Of a DNA stretch of 64,000 bases, positions 11,673 to 31,911 are shown one piece after another (within the stretch, counting starts at the first letter, position 1; each line of letters begins with the position of its first letter). This DNA is from Utricularia gibba (lineage: Eukaryota; Plantae; Magnoliophyta). The DNA is taken from contig NEEC01000015.1 of the NCBI GenBank assembly GCA_002189035.1, forward strand, positions 2,418,001 through 2,482,000, read 5' to 3'. A program made the position numbers and the translations under genes. The notes beneath the pieces are model-generated. The model had not been told where the DNA came from and ran no database searches. It worked only from the letters and a program-made list of their open reading frames with translations.

Positions 11673-12773
11673 CCATGCGAAGGGCTGGAGAGGTTTTCAA
11701 AAGTATTGTATTTCAGGGGAATGCATGATGTGGGAGAATGAAAATGTATAAATGATGGGGGGGGGATGGGAGCGAGTCATCCTCAATCAACGTGGTCAGA
11801 CGGCACTAGCAGTGGCAGTAGTAGTCAAGAGGGATAGGGGTAGCGGGGGTAGTGCGCGGGTCCCATTCATATTCACCCGTCAACCTCAGCAGCTTCCTTG
11901 CTCTCATCTCAAGCAAAGGTTGGGCGCGTCCCCACGGGATTTACGGTGGGGCTCGTCTCCTCCCGATCGCCGCCCCGGGCGTTGGACTTGGGGCCATACA
12001 AGAAACACAGGTAACCGCTCCGAGGGATGGGCCCCGCGCCGTTAATTTACTTTGTTTTGCAGTGGAACCACCATCGTTCTCCATGGATTCTTGCATGTGC
12101 TTACCCACCACCAACTCATGACGATTATTCTCCCACCAGATTCTCTACTATTAAATGAGCACCTAAAACAAAACAAAAGACATTTTCTGAGGAATCTGTG
12201 GTTGAGTCACCCTCAAATTATTATTCTTGTATGTGGAAGGAACCACACATTCCTTATCATTCTCGCCCGCCCATCTATCAATCACCCTGTGAATCAAAGT
12301 TCCAAGAACAAGAAATACCTTCATTCACCTTGGAAGCCTGTTAGAGTAAGTAGCAAACAAAAGGAATAATAACAATACAACCAAGATGGTACGAGGTTGG
12401 CAGTGTCGTACTCGCAGCCGTCTCTACACTTGTGACTTTCCAACCGATGAAGCCGATATTAGGTATTCTAATGGGCTCTTCGTTTAAACCTACCCCTGGG
12501 CCATTTCCAGCCCGTTACAGGAGTCAAAATCAAATTGGAATTCGAAATGCGAAGCCGCAGCCCGAGTAATCCGGTAGTAAAAAGAAACAATGGCCAGAAA
12601 AAAATGCAATGGAGAGAATGCTGGATTTTATTCCAAGCTATGGAGATTAGGAGGAGATGTAGCCCTAGCGAATGGCATTCAGCATTCAGTGCCTTGCTCC
12701 AAAAGCAAGTGGGAGAAAGCAAAGCTTGATGACAGGGCTGAACCTGGATCACGCTGCACTTTGAATTTATTCC

Positions 12774-14356
<1,583 letters not shown>

Positions 14357-14644
14357 TTCCACTATCTACTGCAATGAAATACACACAACAGATACGTTTA
14401 GCAACACTACGTGGGAAAATCCACAAAACAGCATCATACATCAAGCTGAACAAGAAAAGAAAAACGGACTGATCGTCGTTCGAAGTCACACAAATCGTTT
14501 TCCATCAACCAAAATATCGAGATCACGGAAGGATGGAGAGGAACACGATCTCAACCTGAGTAACCGCCGCGGGAGTGTGGAGAGCATGAAAAGGCAAATG
14601 ACTAAAGCTCCTCCTCATTTGCATGCATATAGGAAAGAAATCAT

Positions 14645-14659
14645 CGAAGCTTCTAGTAG
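14645..14659. promoter_or_regulatory. Heat-shock element in the APX1 promoter
   Basis: cGAAgcTTCtaGTAg is two perfect nGAAn units plus one single-mismatch unit, about 20 nt upstream of a TATA-like motif at about 14626-14631. Confidence 0.55.
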
Positions 14660-15023
14660 GTGAATATAGACCGTTCGATGTAGAAGATCCGATCACGATT
14701 TAAATCGACGGCTCAACTTGCCCCCGAGATGGCGGATCATTAGAGGAAACGGGCTACCGCGTTGCCTAGGAACGAAATTCAATGCAGTCACACTAAGAAA
14801 TTATTTTTATTTTTTTACAACGTCCTTATTATTAAATAAATAAGTATAAATATTTTTTTGAAAAATAGTGATTTTAGCTAGATAATTGATCTTTTACATT
14901 CGATTTTGCTTTGGATGCCATGTTTGTCAGTGTCACACAAAATCTAGTATTTAATAAAAATAAAAGCTGTGGCAAAACCAGGCCATTTGAAATGATGCAC
15001 AGAAGACAATAGCTCGAAAGGAT

Positions 15024-20370
<5,347 letters not shown>

Positions 20371-21643
20371 CTTTCTGGAAATGATGAAAATGGATCTCCT
20401 TCATTTACACACCCAGGTTCTCATACAAAATCTGAATTAACATTGACAAAACAGATTCAAAGAACGAACCGTTCGCCTGCTCAACTCCCTGAAATCAAAT
20501 CCGTGGACAGAGCAAATGAACACCGAAGAGGGAGCCGTTCGCCAAATATCTTATATATGAGCTACGCTTTCACATTTGTAACTTCTCAACAAAGCAAATG
20601 AACAACAGAACAAGCAATTTTTTTTGGACATGACGGGCTGTTAACAAAGCCCATTTGAGGGATTCAAATAATACTACTGGATTGGGCTTCCTCAGTATAT
20701 TGAGCCGCTTCTTGCAATGATGGTGGGCTTTTCACTTGTAGTCTAAAAATAGCTAAAAAAAAGTTGCATATTCATGAAAATTATGTGGATTGATTTGGAA
20801 AATTTTATACAATATAAAATATTATACATAATATGGAAATATGATTTTAGGTCAGGAAAATCAATATTAATATTTGATAAATAAATTATAAACATCAAAT
20901 TATGTGCAAAAAATGGGGGCGTTCCAATTACAGCCGTGCCAGTCAAAATCAATCTGCGTGTGGACGATGGATCCAAGACCCGCCCGCCGTCGCCCGACCC
21001 GGTATTTATAGCAGCAGGATCGTATATGGGACACGGCGTCTGATCCCAGCCCTTCCCCTCCTCACCACACTCGTTTACTCTGCGAGCACAAACGCGCAGC
21101 GCACTTTCTGTGGCTCTCTCTCTCTCTGCATCTAAAAATCTATCGATTCGCCGTTTTAAAGGCGTTTTCTCGTCGATCTAATTGTCTAAGGTAAGCCTTT
21201 CCTGTGGATTCCCTCTTCTGAAACTACTTTTTTTTATGCAGCTTTTGAGAATCTGTCGTGTATTTGATCGGGTCGGGTCGTTCTTGTTAGGATTTTTTTT
21301 GGGCAGAATTGTCGGTAGTGATGTTTTGTTGAATTGGCTGTTGATTTACGCTGTGTACATCTATTATGTTTTTTCGTGAGTTGATATTACTATGTCCGAT
21401 TCCTGATAATTGATTTTTCGGATTTGGGTTGCTCTTTGTTTTTGTTTTTTTGTTTTTTTTTGTTTTTTTTTTGCATATCTGTTTTGTTTGAATGCATGTC
21501 ATGGTGTAGATTCGGAGATTTAGGGTTTGAATTTAATCAGTTAATATTGTGCGGATTCTGTTGCTTAGACGGTATTATTTTTTAGGCACTTGGTTTTTGG
21601 TTCATAAATCATTCACTGTTTACTTATAGTTTTGAAGGTGACA

Positions 21644-24600
21644 ATGAGTGACGAAGGTGAAAAGATGTGCCCTCTCTGTGCCGAGGAGATGGATCTGACT
21701 GACCAACAATTGAAGCCATGCAAGTGCGGCTATGAGGTATATTATTTTCATGCTTTGTTTCTCCTTTGTTGTACTTTTTAATGATCTTAATCCATAACTG
21801 TATACTGTCTTAATGTTTTGAAAGAGAAGCATAGATGCTTTCTGGAGTGTTTATAATGATCTTTATTCATTACTCTATGCTGCCCATAATGCTATAATTT
21901 TTAGTATTTTTAATTTGTCAATACTGAAATGCTTGGTTCTATCTATGTTACTATTTCTGAGTAAATCTGCAGATTTGTGTTTGGTGTTGGCACCAAATTA
22001 TGGAGATGGCAGAGAAGGATGCAACTCAAGGTCGTTGTCCGGCATGCCGTGCTCCATACGACAAAGAAAAGATAGTTGGGATGGCATCAAAATGTGAAAG
22101 GTGCTTGTTGGACTCAACAGATCGGATTTTTTTTCAGATTAGTCGGTCATAATCCTTTATTCTCATTCTTGATAATATATCAGATTAGTGTCCGAGATGA
22201 ATGTGGAGAAAAAAAAGTCCCAAAAGGGAAAGAGCAAGACCTCAGAAGGGAGGAAGCAACTTGATAGTGTACGAGTTATCCAGAGAAATCTTGTTTATGT
22301 TGTGGGCCTTCCGTTCCACCTTGCAGATGAAGATGTATTGTCGTGCACCCTTTTTCTTTTACATCACATTCTTGTGTGCACTGTGGCATATTTGGTTCTT
22401 TTGTTTCTGCAGATTCTTCAGCGAAGAGAATACTTTGGTCAGTATGGAAAAGTATTGAAGGTGTCCATATCACGTACATCAACTGGTGCCATACAACATT
22501 TTCCAAATAATACATGCAGTGTGTATGCCTCATTTTTCCGCTCTCAGATTATTATATTCATCAGATGGATTGACAAATTTATTATGTTAGTACAATTTTG
22601 TTCGCTATGGCTTGGATCTCCCTGATTGTGAGTTGTCCTTTTGTTGTTAAATGTGAGAAGTCTCAATTTAATTATGGTTTTGACTGGAGGGCCTTTTCTG
22701 GATTTCGCAGCCCTGTTTGAAGTCCATTTGTTGAACAGCATGGGCAGTCTAGGTGTAGATTTTAGCCATACTGCACAATATATTTCAGAATTTTTTTTCT
22801 TAGGGATTTTAAAATACATGTCAATATTCGACAATCAATTCTTATCAATGTTTCCATCAGCATTTCTTGTTTCCATTTTCCCATAGCTATATAACATATT
22901 CAAAGGAAGAGGAGGCAATTCGGTGTATTCAGTTGGTTCACGGGTTTGTTTTGGATGGTCGATCGTTGAGGTGAGCATCATAGTTACGTTGATTACTCTG
23001 TTCTTTTCTGGATAGTAATGCTTTTTTGGAACTAATCGCAGAGCTTGCTTTGGGACGACAAAATATTGTCATGCGTGGTTGAGAAATATGGTATGTTCTT
23101 TTATTACTTTCATAACTAGACAGCTGAAATTTCAAAACCATTCTGGATGTCCTCTAACCATTCTGCACGATATCTTAGTGAAGGCTCTCTTTCTTTTCCA
23201 GCCTTGCAGCAACCCTGATTGCTTGTATCTTCACGAAATTGGCTCCCAAGAAGATAGCTTCACAAAGGATGAAATTATATCTGCTTACACAAGGTATTTT
23301 GGTATCTCGACTTCTCTTCCATATGTTAAGTATCCAGTTTTGATAAGGTTGTGTCTTTTCTACTCCTTGATGAAGCTGCGGCCTCTGACTGTTATATGTA
23401 CATGCACTGTTCTTTGTAGTCATTGTGCAGGAGGCCATCCTACATGCATATTTGTTTTCCAATTTTTGAACCTCTCTCTATCCTGCTGTAGAGTTGCTGA
23501 ATTTTCTCTTATGCTGCGCGAGGGGCTGTTTTGGTTGGAGATGTTACACCATATTACCATTATCCTCATAAGGATGCTGTTATTTAACGCCATATTATGT
23601 GACATAGATAGTTTATAAACTTGGGTGTTCCTGTTTATCTTTTTTTGTTTAGCAAGCTAGGTGTGAGGACTTTCGCTTTGCCTGCTTTGGCCCTTTTGAA
23701 AATTTTAAGCTTGATGGTCTTTTAAAACACTATTTCAATGCAACTCTGAAGGAACCAGGTTCAACAGATCACTAGTTCTACATATAGCAGTCAGCGGCGT
23801 TCAGGGACTACTCTGCCTTCTCCTAATGATGATAATTCTGATACTAGTGCTGTTTCTCAAGGAAAACCTACTACTAAAGCTAGTGCTAATTCTCATGTAA
23901 GACTTCTAAATGATGATTTATTTTTCTGTGAAAGTGGCTTTACAAACCAGAACATTTTAACCTTTTTCAATTCCATCCCTACCCTTATCATTCCATCATT
24001 CTGTATTCTTTATTGTTTGCCATTTGATGGGACTTCGCAATATGTAAATGTTTATTGGCCTTATGAAATAAAAATTTTATTTTGATGCTTTTGAGTTCTT
24101 TTATATATTTGAACTTGTAGAACCTTTTTATGGCAAACGAAAATTTATCTGGATGGGTAAAGGTTTATTCATGTAATTTATGTATCTTCTGTTTTTTTTC
24201 CTAACAGAATTTGAGTGGTACTAGAGTTTCATCACCTGATAGTAGCTCTGGCAGATCTTCTGCTCCCCCATTGCGGCATCATGGTTTGTTATACTCTTTT
24301 ATTGATTTTATGCTTTTTTTACTCTTGCTTAGTCGTGCGTTATTTTTATGTAGGGGAACTCGCTCTTCTCAGACAAATACACGTGTTAGTGGGTCACCCG
24401 CTCAGAAATCTATTGTGGTTGATGGCCCTACGTCACTTTCTAAGCCAACTATAAGTGCAAATGGAAAGAAGGTGGTTTGTGATGAAAAAACTTCTATTTC
24501 TCAAGATACGAATATTCCAGGTATATCTGAACCCGCTATAGTTGGTTCACAAGCAGATGGGAGTACTAGTCTTGCAGGAGTTACAGTATCATCTGCTTCT

Positions 24601-26518
24601 CTTTCTCATTTTACCTCAAGTATACAACCGGCTCCTTTGCCAGCATCCCTTCCACCACTAAATGCTACTGATATGTGTCGTTCCTCACCCTGTGAACCTG
24701 GAGAGAATATTATTGATGAACGAGATGAGAGCATTGAGAATATATGCTCAAGCATTTTATCAATGAACATTCATGTAAATCAGAACCCCGGAATGGATAT
24801 TTTGAGCACATTGGAAAACCTGCATTTGATGGTACATCAGAAAATAGTGTAAATACTTCAGAGGCACGTGGTTCTGGAATCCACTCTGATTTTAAACCAG
24901 GGCAGCATTCTGAGGAATCACAAGTTGATCCCCTGCAAGGGGAGAATTATTCATTATCTCGTAGGAATGAAAGGGTCACTATTCCACCTAACACTGTTGA
25001 TGGAGTCCGTGATCTTTTCCAGGCTTCAAGTTTTTCAAGGCATTCCTCCATTCCTTCTCCGCAAGTCAATAGTTTTGACAGTTCAATTATTACCAAGCTC
25101 ACTGGGCAAGTTGTAGATAGTAACAAGGATTTGACTGTGTCAACTTCTTATTTTTCCAATAGAAAGCCCGAGGAAATCCTCATTTCTCAAGATTCTGATG
25201 ATGCCACATGCTCTAAGTTTTCTCTTGGTAAGGGTGCATCGTCTTTGCTTAGAAGATATGAAGATGAAGCAAAGAGTTACCCAGTTGATATGGGGGAAAG
25301 CAGTATCATATCAAATATATTAGCTTCAGATTTTGATCCACTGAACGAGCCCTTTGTCTTGCCTCAAAACTTGGGTGATCTTTTTGGTGAAGAGAAACAG
25401 TTGTATAATATTATAGGTTCTCGGAAGGTTAACAATGCCAGTCAATCTCGTTTTGCATTTGCCAGGGAAGAGGAAGTGAGTAGCCATTTTTCTGATTTTG
25501 GAAGACCTGGAGACTATGGTGCTAAGCAGGATTCTTTTCTCAGCAATCACTCCAATAGAAATAGCTTTCATGCTGATAGATTTATCAATCAATGTTCAGT
25601 CGCGGGTGGCATTGAATCAGATATACTTAACAACAATCATTCTCATTTCACTTCTAGCAAGATTCCAGGTTAGGGGTCATATTTGTAATCCATTCCGTAT
25701 GGCCTAGGTTTGTATTATTTTTTTTTAACGGCCTTGCTGATTTTTTTCTTTTTTGAAACAGTTGCCAAATCTCACATATCTGCACCTCCTGGATTTTCAG
25801 CACCCGGCAGGCTTCCTCCTCCTGGATTTCCTTCTATTATGACTGAACATAAATTTGAATCCTCCTCCGGTTAGATTATTACTTGAGAAACTGCTCTTTT
25901 TGTTGAACTCTTTTGTCCCTGAGCATGTTGTTTCCTTCTCTATTTTCAGGAAGTAATCTGCATGTTGCTCGATTTGCCCAGAGTAATTACTCCCAGGTCT
26001 CAACAAGTGATAACACATACATCAATGGTGATGTTGAGTTTCTTGATCCGGCAATTTTGGCTGTTGGTAAGGGCACACTTGCCAGTAGCAACAATAGCCT
26101 TGGCATTGATATGAGAACTAGTTTTTCACCTCAAATTGGTTATGAAGACCCGAGGATCCAACCATTTGTGCATAGATCTCTTCCTCTGTACGAGAGCCCT
26201 AGATTTCCTGATTTACGGGAAACTATCTCCAGCTATGGTGATGGCTATGGCAACTCCTCAAGGGTTCTAGAGCAAAAGCAGTCTATCAATCCCTCTCCAT
26301 TCTCTTACTTTTCCTTCCCTCAGTCTCGAAATGGAATGCCATCAAATGGTCCGTGGGAGAGTTGGAATGAGCCTAGGAGAGACAGTAATCTTGCTGTGCC
26401 AGATCTGCCAAGGGCCGAGAGATTGTTATTTAGCGATTCCTATTCCAGTCACGACGATTCGTTGAGAAGAGTGCCTAGCTCATCAGACAGTCAATACAAT
26501 GGGATATACCGGATTTAG
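21644..26518 (+). CDS. NOT4-like RING-RRM E3 ubiquitin ligase (CCR4-NOT subunit 4 family; two apparent -1 indels)
   Basis: MSDEGEKMCPLCAEEMDLTDQQLKPCKCGYEICVWCWHQ...GRCPACR is a C4C4 RING. The RRM reads RVIQRNLVYVVGLP...EYFGQYGKVLKVSISRT and the zinc finger ACFGTTKYCHAWLRNMPCSNPDCLYLH. The C-terminal motifs QSRFAFAR, ISAPPGFS and GDVEFLDPAILAVGKG are present. Confidence 0.92.
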
Positions 26519-27670
26519 TTCCGGCCCTTGGATGCTCTTCCTTTCTATTCTCTTTTCAAAAAATTGTATACTGCTGAAAGATCTTCTCATGACCACGGGA
26601 AGCCCGGATCCGAGGATGTTACTCTTTGGATTCAACAATTTTGCGACAGTTTTTTGTGCTTGCTGAACTGAACTCACTCCCGCCATGGAAGTTTGTGAAG
26701 GATCGAAGCCATCCACCCATATTGCTGATTCAAGCTTTATCAGACAGGGGAGTGGGGGTCCTGAGACCTGTAGGTATTCTTCATTCTACCTGTTGAAACC
26801 ATGCTGAGAGATTCGAGCTCAAACCTGCAGCCCATCATCAGGCGCACTCTGTTTGTTTCCACATGCGTTAATTCTGTTTGTTTTGCTTAACCGAATTGTT
26901 TCATGTTCACCCAGGTGGAAGAGTTTCGTGTTCTTGGCTTGGGATGATCTTCGCTGCCTGGCGTACACCGATCAAGGAATCTGCTCTCTTTCTACTTGCA
27001 TATACAACTTGAGTGTTGAGCCTATTCGTTAACCGTGTGTGCAGTTCCAGAGAGCAGGGGCTGGGCAAGTGAACACAAGCAATGGGATGGATCCCTTTGT
27101 AACTTTGCGGTTGTTTGAGACCCTCTAGAAGACAGGAAGAGATGATTGGTTTGGATTTTATTAAGAAAAAAAAAACAAGTGTGTGATAGCGCGTGGTCAT
27201 GAGCTTGTTTCTTTGTAATGGCTTACTGTTTGATTTTATTTATTATTTTACATAAGTGAAACCTCCATCTGCTCTTTTCATCATGACGCAAGGCGGTAAC
27301 CTTCTGATGCTTTTCTTTTTCTTTTTTCCCGTAAAAGTAGAAGCAACAAGGGGAATAATCAAGGAGCCTCTTGTACTTACATGGGGCTCCAGCAAATCTT
27401 TCCAAAGTTGCATGTATTCAAGCAAGCTTCCAAGAATATTCTTCCATACGAAAAATTGGGCCCCATATATTGCGAATTCTACTGTGGTTGTGGTGAAGAA
27501 ATTTTACCAGTGGTGCGTCGTGTGTTGGTCGGCGCTGGGATGCCATGCCATGGCATACAGTCCAGCAGCAGCTGAAAGTCGCTTGAATGAAAGAGATGAG
27601 AGGTCAAGGCGGTGACATGGACCTAGACACCCGATTTAGTCGTAATTTGTAAACAAATTTTCAAAGATCA

Positions 27671-28030
27671 TCAAGGACTCATCGCCGCCGAAGATCGATT
27701 GCATTCTTCGGCGGTAGCGCACTTCACCGAACCCACGATTCCGGCAACTAAGAGGACCAAGTTTCGACGTATACTCTGAAAAATAAGCGCTTTGATTTTT
27801 CCCCTCCTCGGCGGCGCCGGTACGGGAGTGTCTCTTCTCAATCGGATTTGGCTCGATGAGAATTTTTCTGAAAACAAAAATATGCATATGTCGATCGGTG
27901 TTTAGAAAGCAAACACAAGGACGCAGTTTTCGGAAAACTTACTGCCTGTAGCACCAGGATCTCCGGCAACCCCTCGAGGATATCAAGTCCTCACACAGTC
28001 GGAAGGCGACAGAGCTTTTTCAGATTCCAT
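27671..28030 (-). CDS. Small two-exon gene (94 codons) with a PPRRGKIKALIF motif, interrupted by an in-frame TGA; possibly a pseudogene
   Basis: TATATAAA at about 28095-28102 and a pyrimidine patch precede ATG 28030. Exon 1 is 28030-27943, a GTAAGT...TTTTCAG intron spans 27942-27868, and exon 2 is 27867-27671. The spliced frame is continuous except for TGA at codon 16 (27985-27983). The PPxRG(Q/K)IK motif is recalled from small uncharacterised plant proteins. Confidence 0.55.
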
Positions 28031-28984
28031 TGAAGACGCTGAAGTTTTAAAACTATACAAGGGACTGAGAGAGAGGAAGAGTATGCTGGAGGTTTATATA
28101 CACATGCAAGAGTGGAGGGGAATGGTGAATAAACCTTTTGGAAGGAAAATGGCAGGAAGGTTCCGTAACATGAAATCGAAGATGGGCAAGTCTTGGTGGG
28201 GCATGCCGACGCTTGTGCCGACTCGGACAGTAGTTCGTTTAATTCTTACTTAGAACCCTTTGTTTTATTTGTGCACGTCGAAGTCTTCGCAAGCGCTCCT
28301 CTCCAACTCGTGCAGTTTCGGACAACAGGAACTCTGCCTCTCTCATTCTTTCTAGAACCAAAGGCCCCATGTCCAACCACCAACCCAACCCACGCATGGC
28401 TTCAGTGTGGGAAAATCGCATCGCACCAGCCACAGCGGAAGCTGCCGAGTTGGAACACATGACACGCATTGAACTTGAAAAAAAAATCCGGGTGATAAAA
28501 AATAAAAACAATTGTTTTATTTCTCTTTATTTATATAATATCCATTATTAACCTATTTGATTTTTTTTTTTTTTGTTGTTGTTCCTAATTTTAGGTCTCT
28601 TCCACGAAGCGTCACTCTAATCATGGAAAGGCCTGTCCAGCCTCTTACCACACTTGTGCGAGGACACTCTTATTTAATATATAATGTCTTAATTATTATA
28701 TTAAAAAACAATAAAAAAATCTTTTTGGACAGATGGGTTAAGATGACGTCAGCATGACATGCATGGTTCAGGGTTTGGTACACACAAACCAACCCCCTGG
28801 TCTGCCTTGCAAACATGATTAATTGAGAACCCTAATTGTGTTTGATCAGGGCATAGTACCGGATCCTGCCCCTTCTTCCTAATTTTCATCAAATTAAACA
28901 CACGTGAAATTTTATTTTATTTATTCTCTCTATTTATACCCTAAGTGACCCTCTACGTTCGTCTCGTCCTGCGGTTTGGTTCCC

Positions 28985-29675
28985 ATGCATACCATCAGTT
29001 CGAAGAGGTGGTGCCCCACGCCGGAGCAAGTAATGATACTGGAGGAGCTGTACACGCGCGGCCTGCGAACTCCCAACGCCGCCCAGATACAGAAAATCAC
29101 CGCCCACCTCGCCGTCTACGGTAGAATTCAAGGGAAGAATGTGTTTTACTGGTTTCAGAATCACAAAGCTAGGGATCGGCAGAAGCTGAGGAGGAAAATT
29201 CAGAAGCAACTCCACCAAAATCATGTTATAGAGGAGCTGGAACTGGCACCGCCCTGCAATCCCTTCTTTCAGAACCTCCGGTCACCCACCGCCGCGCGCA
29301 CCTCCCCTACCTCCAACATTACCCCGCTGAAAGTGTTGGCTACCAGGTAACCCTTCCAACAGAGAAAAAAAAACCCTAGCTTAAGTTTGTACAATTCCAC
29401 TCGTGATTACCCAAAAGCTTAATCTTGTATTACCACGTTTTGAAACACTAGAATAGCAAGCAGGCAACACCTTAATCCGGGTTGTTTGGAATATGATAAT
29501 ACTGCAGGGTGCAAGAATATGCGATGAGGGACCAGAGGGAGTTGCAAGGAGGTCCCAGGCATGGCCGTTAATGATATCCTACGGTCCCATTTTCCCCTGC
29601 TGCAACCGGAGCCGGCCCCTACGGACTCTGCCGCTATTTCCCATCCGCTCCGATGAAGAAACCGGTGCTTCTTGA
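28985..29675 (+). CDS. WOX3: WUSCHEL-related homeobox, WOX3/PRS-like, 2 exons
   Basis: Homeodomain [64 protein letters not shown]. Exon 2 (29508-29675) carries the WUS box [10 protein letters not shown]. The exon phases do not match, which suggests an indel or an alternative acceptor. Confidence 0.85.
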
Positions 29676-31121
29676 GAAACCACACCAGTCACAAGCAATG
29701 GAGTCAAAGCACAAGGGGAAGAACCCTATTCTTTCTTTTTCTAGCTTCCCTTGTCTGTATCTTAGTTCTCTGCGTGTGCTCGCCGCCATTTGCCCACCAG
29801 TTTTCCTTGTGATCTCTCTCTCTAAGCACATGCCCTTTCTCATTACTGGGCACCACTTATCAAAATCACGTTCCATCTCTAAAGCGTGATTTAGAAAAAC
29901 AAAAAAAACCAGAAAAGCTGAGTAGCAGCAGGAATATTTTATGTAAAAAAAAATCCAACTTTTGGCTGATTTTACCCCCCAGAGCATCCAGTTTTTTTTT
30001 CACCAGACAGGTGAAAAGTGAACCTTCAGTTTACTGTAAAAATATCAATTAAATAAGAAATGAAAGAGTACTTAAATGTTGCTCAGAGCTTTTCTATAAA
30101 CAGAATTTCAGTCAGATGCTCCGTGTCCTCTTGCATGCAAGTCTGGTAAGCTCTTGTCTGCATACCCAAACGAAATCAACCAAGAATTGTTGTATTTTTT
30201 GCAGTCGACATGACTTGACCAAAGCGGGAAACCCTTTTGGTTTTTTTTCTTACTCTTCATCTTCTTCTTCCACAAAGTAAAGTGCAGGCAGTGTTTGACT
30301 GTCGGGCATTGACAAAACTGAGAGGTCGTCATCTCATCTGCACTGTCTTTTCAAATCCCATGGCCTCCATCAATTAGAAAGTTGTACACATGCATCACAA
30401 AAAATGGACATATTATGTATAGATTTTTTGTCTAGTGTACGAAACAAAGTGACCAATTTTCTAAATGATCAACCACTCGTTTTCTTGGTAAGCTCTTTAA
30501 GTAAAATGGTATACTCAATTCAAATGTTCTCCATTTACATCCGTACAAACTATAATTTTTAAATTTTAAGTCATCAATATCTTGATATTATTTATTTTCA
30601 ATATTTCATAAAAATTATCTTGAATTGTGTAATATCATAAATAGAGTATTTAATTAAGCATACTTTGGTAATATCTTATATACATTTATTTTTTATTAAA
30701 TATGTGAAAAATAATAAATTCATGACTATGATTTTACCAAACCAAAAATTTAATTAATTTATATAGTTTAATATCATTTATTGCCAAATTAAGGATGGAT
30801 GCGTATCATTTAATAAAAAGTAATTTTTTTTATATTCAGTCAAATGATGTCTTAATTATTTTTAGTGTTCGATGGGCCAGGCCCTAATATCTGGAATTTC
30901 CTTCTCAACCGCAAGTGTGTCTTTGTTGGGGGCCCAACTAGAAGCCCGTTATTTGTTATATGGAAATGGTTCAGGTTCCCGCCAGTGAAAACAGATTGAT
31001 TTTCTGATTCGCGTTGGTCTTCAAGGGGTATTTGAGTAACTTCACGTAGATACGTAAGAGTATTTTTTTTTATTGATTATTTGGTTTTCCCGACTCGATC
31101 GTCAGTAAGATGGAGATCTAA

Positions 31122-31604
<483 letters not shown>

Positions 31605-31911
31605 GATCCTGTTCTCCTTTCCTCTGGTTAGGCATTAACTTTGTAATAGTGGTGTGAAAATTCAAGTCTTGCTGTCAAGAAAATGATAACTTTCAGAGAA
31701 ACTTTCCGTTTTCTTGTGCAACGTCCTTTCTTTCTCGGTAGACGATGAGGTATGGTGGTGAACATGCTTCATGCCCTAGTTGTTAGTTATTCATGGCGAA
31801 TTGGGGAATTTAGGGTTAACTGCTGCATTACATTGTTGCGATAAACCGTTCATTACAATTCCTCGCTCTGAGCAAAGAGCTTAAAGTACCAGATTGAATG
31901 AAAAACAATAG

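Noticed and set aside
26825-26842. miR172 target-like CTGCAG(CC)CATCATCAGG
   Set aside because: It has a 2-nt bulge and no pairing to the miRNA 5' seed, and there is no AP2/TOE coding relic around it.
27551-27570. Partial miR160 complement (TGGCATACAG...)
   Set aside because: Only 10 contiguous nt match and there is no precursor hairpin; the local ATGCCATGGCAT palindrome is plausibly chance.
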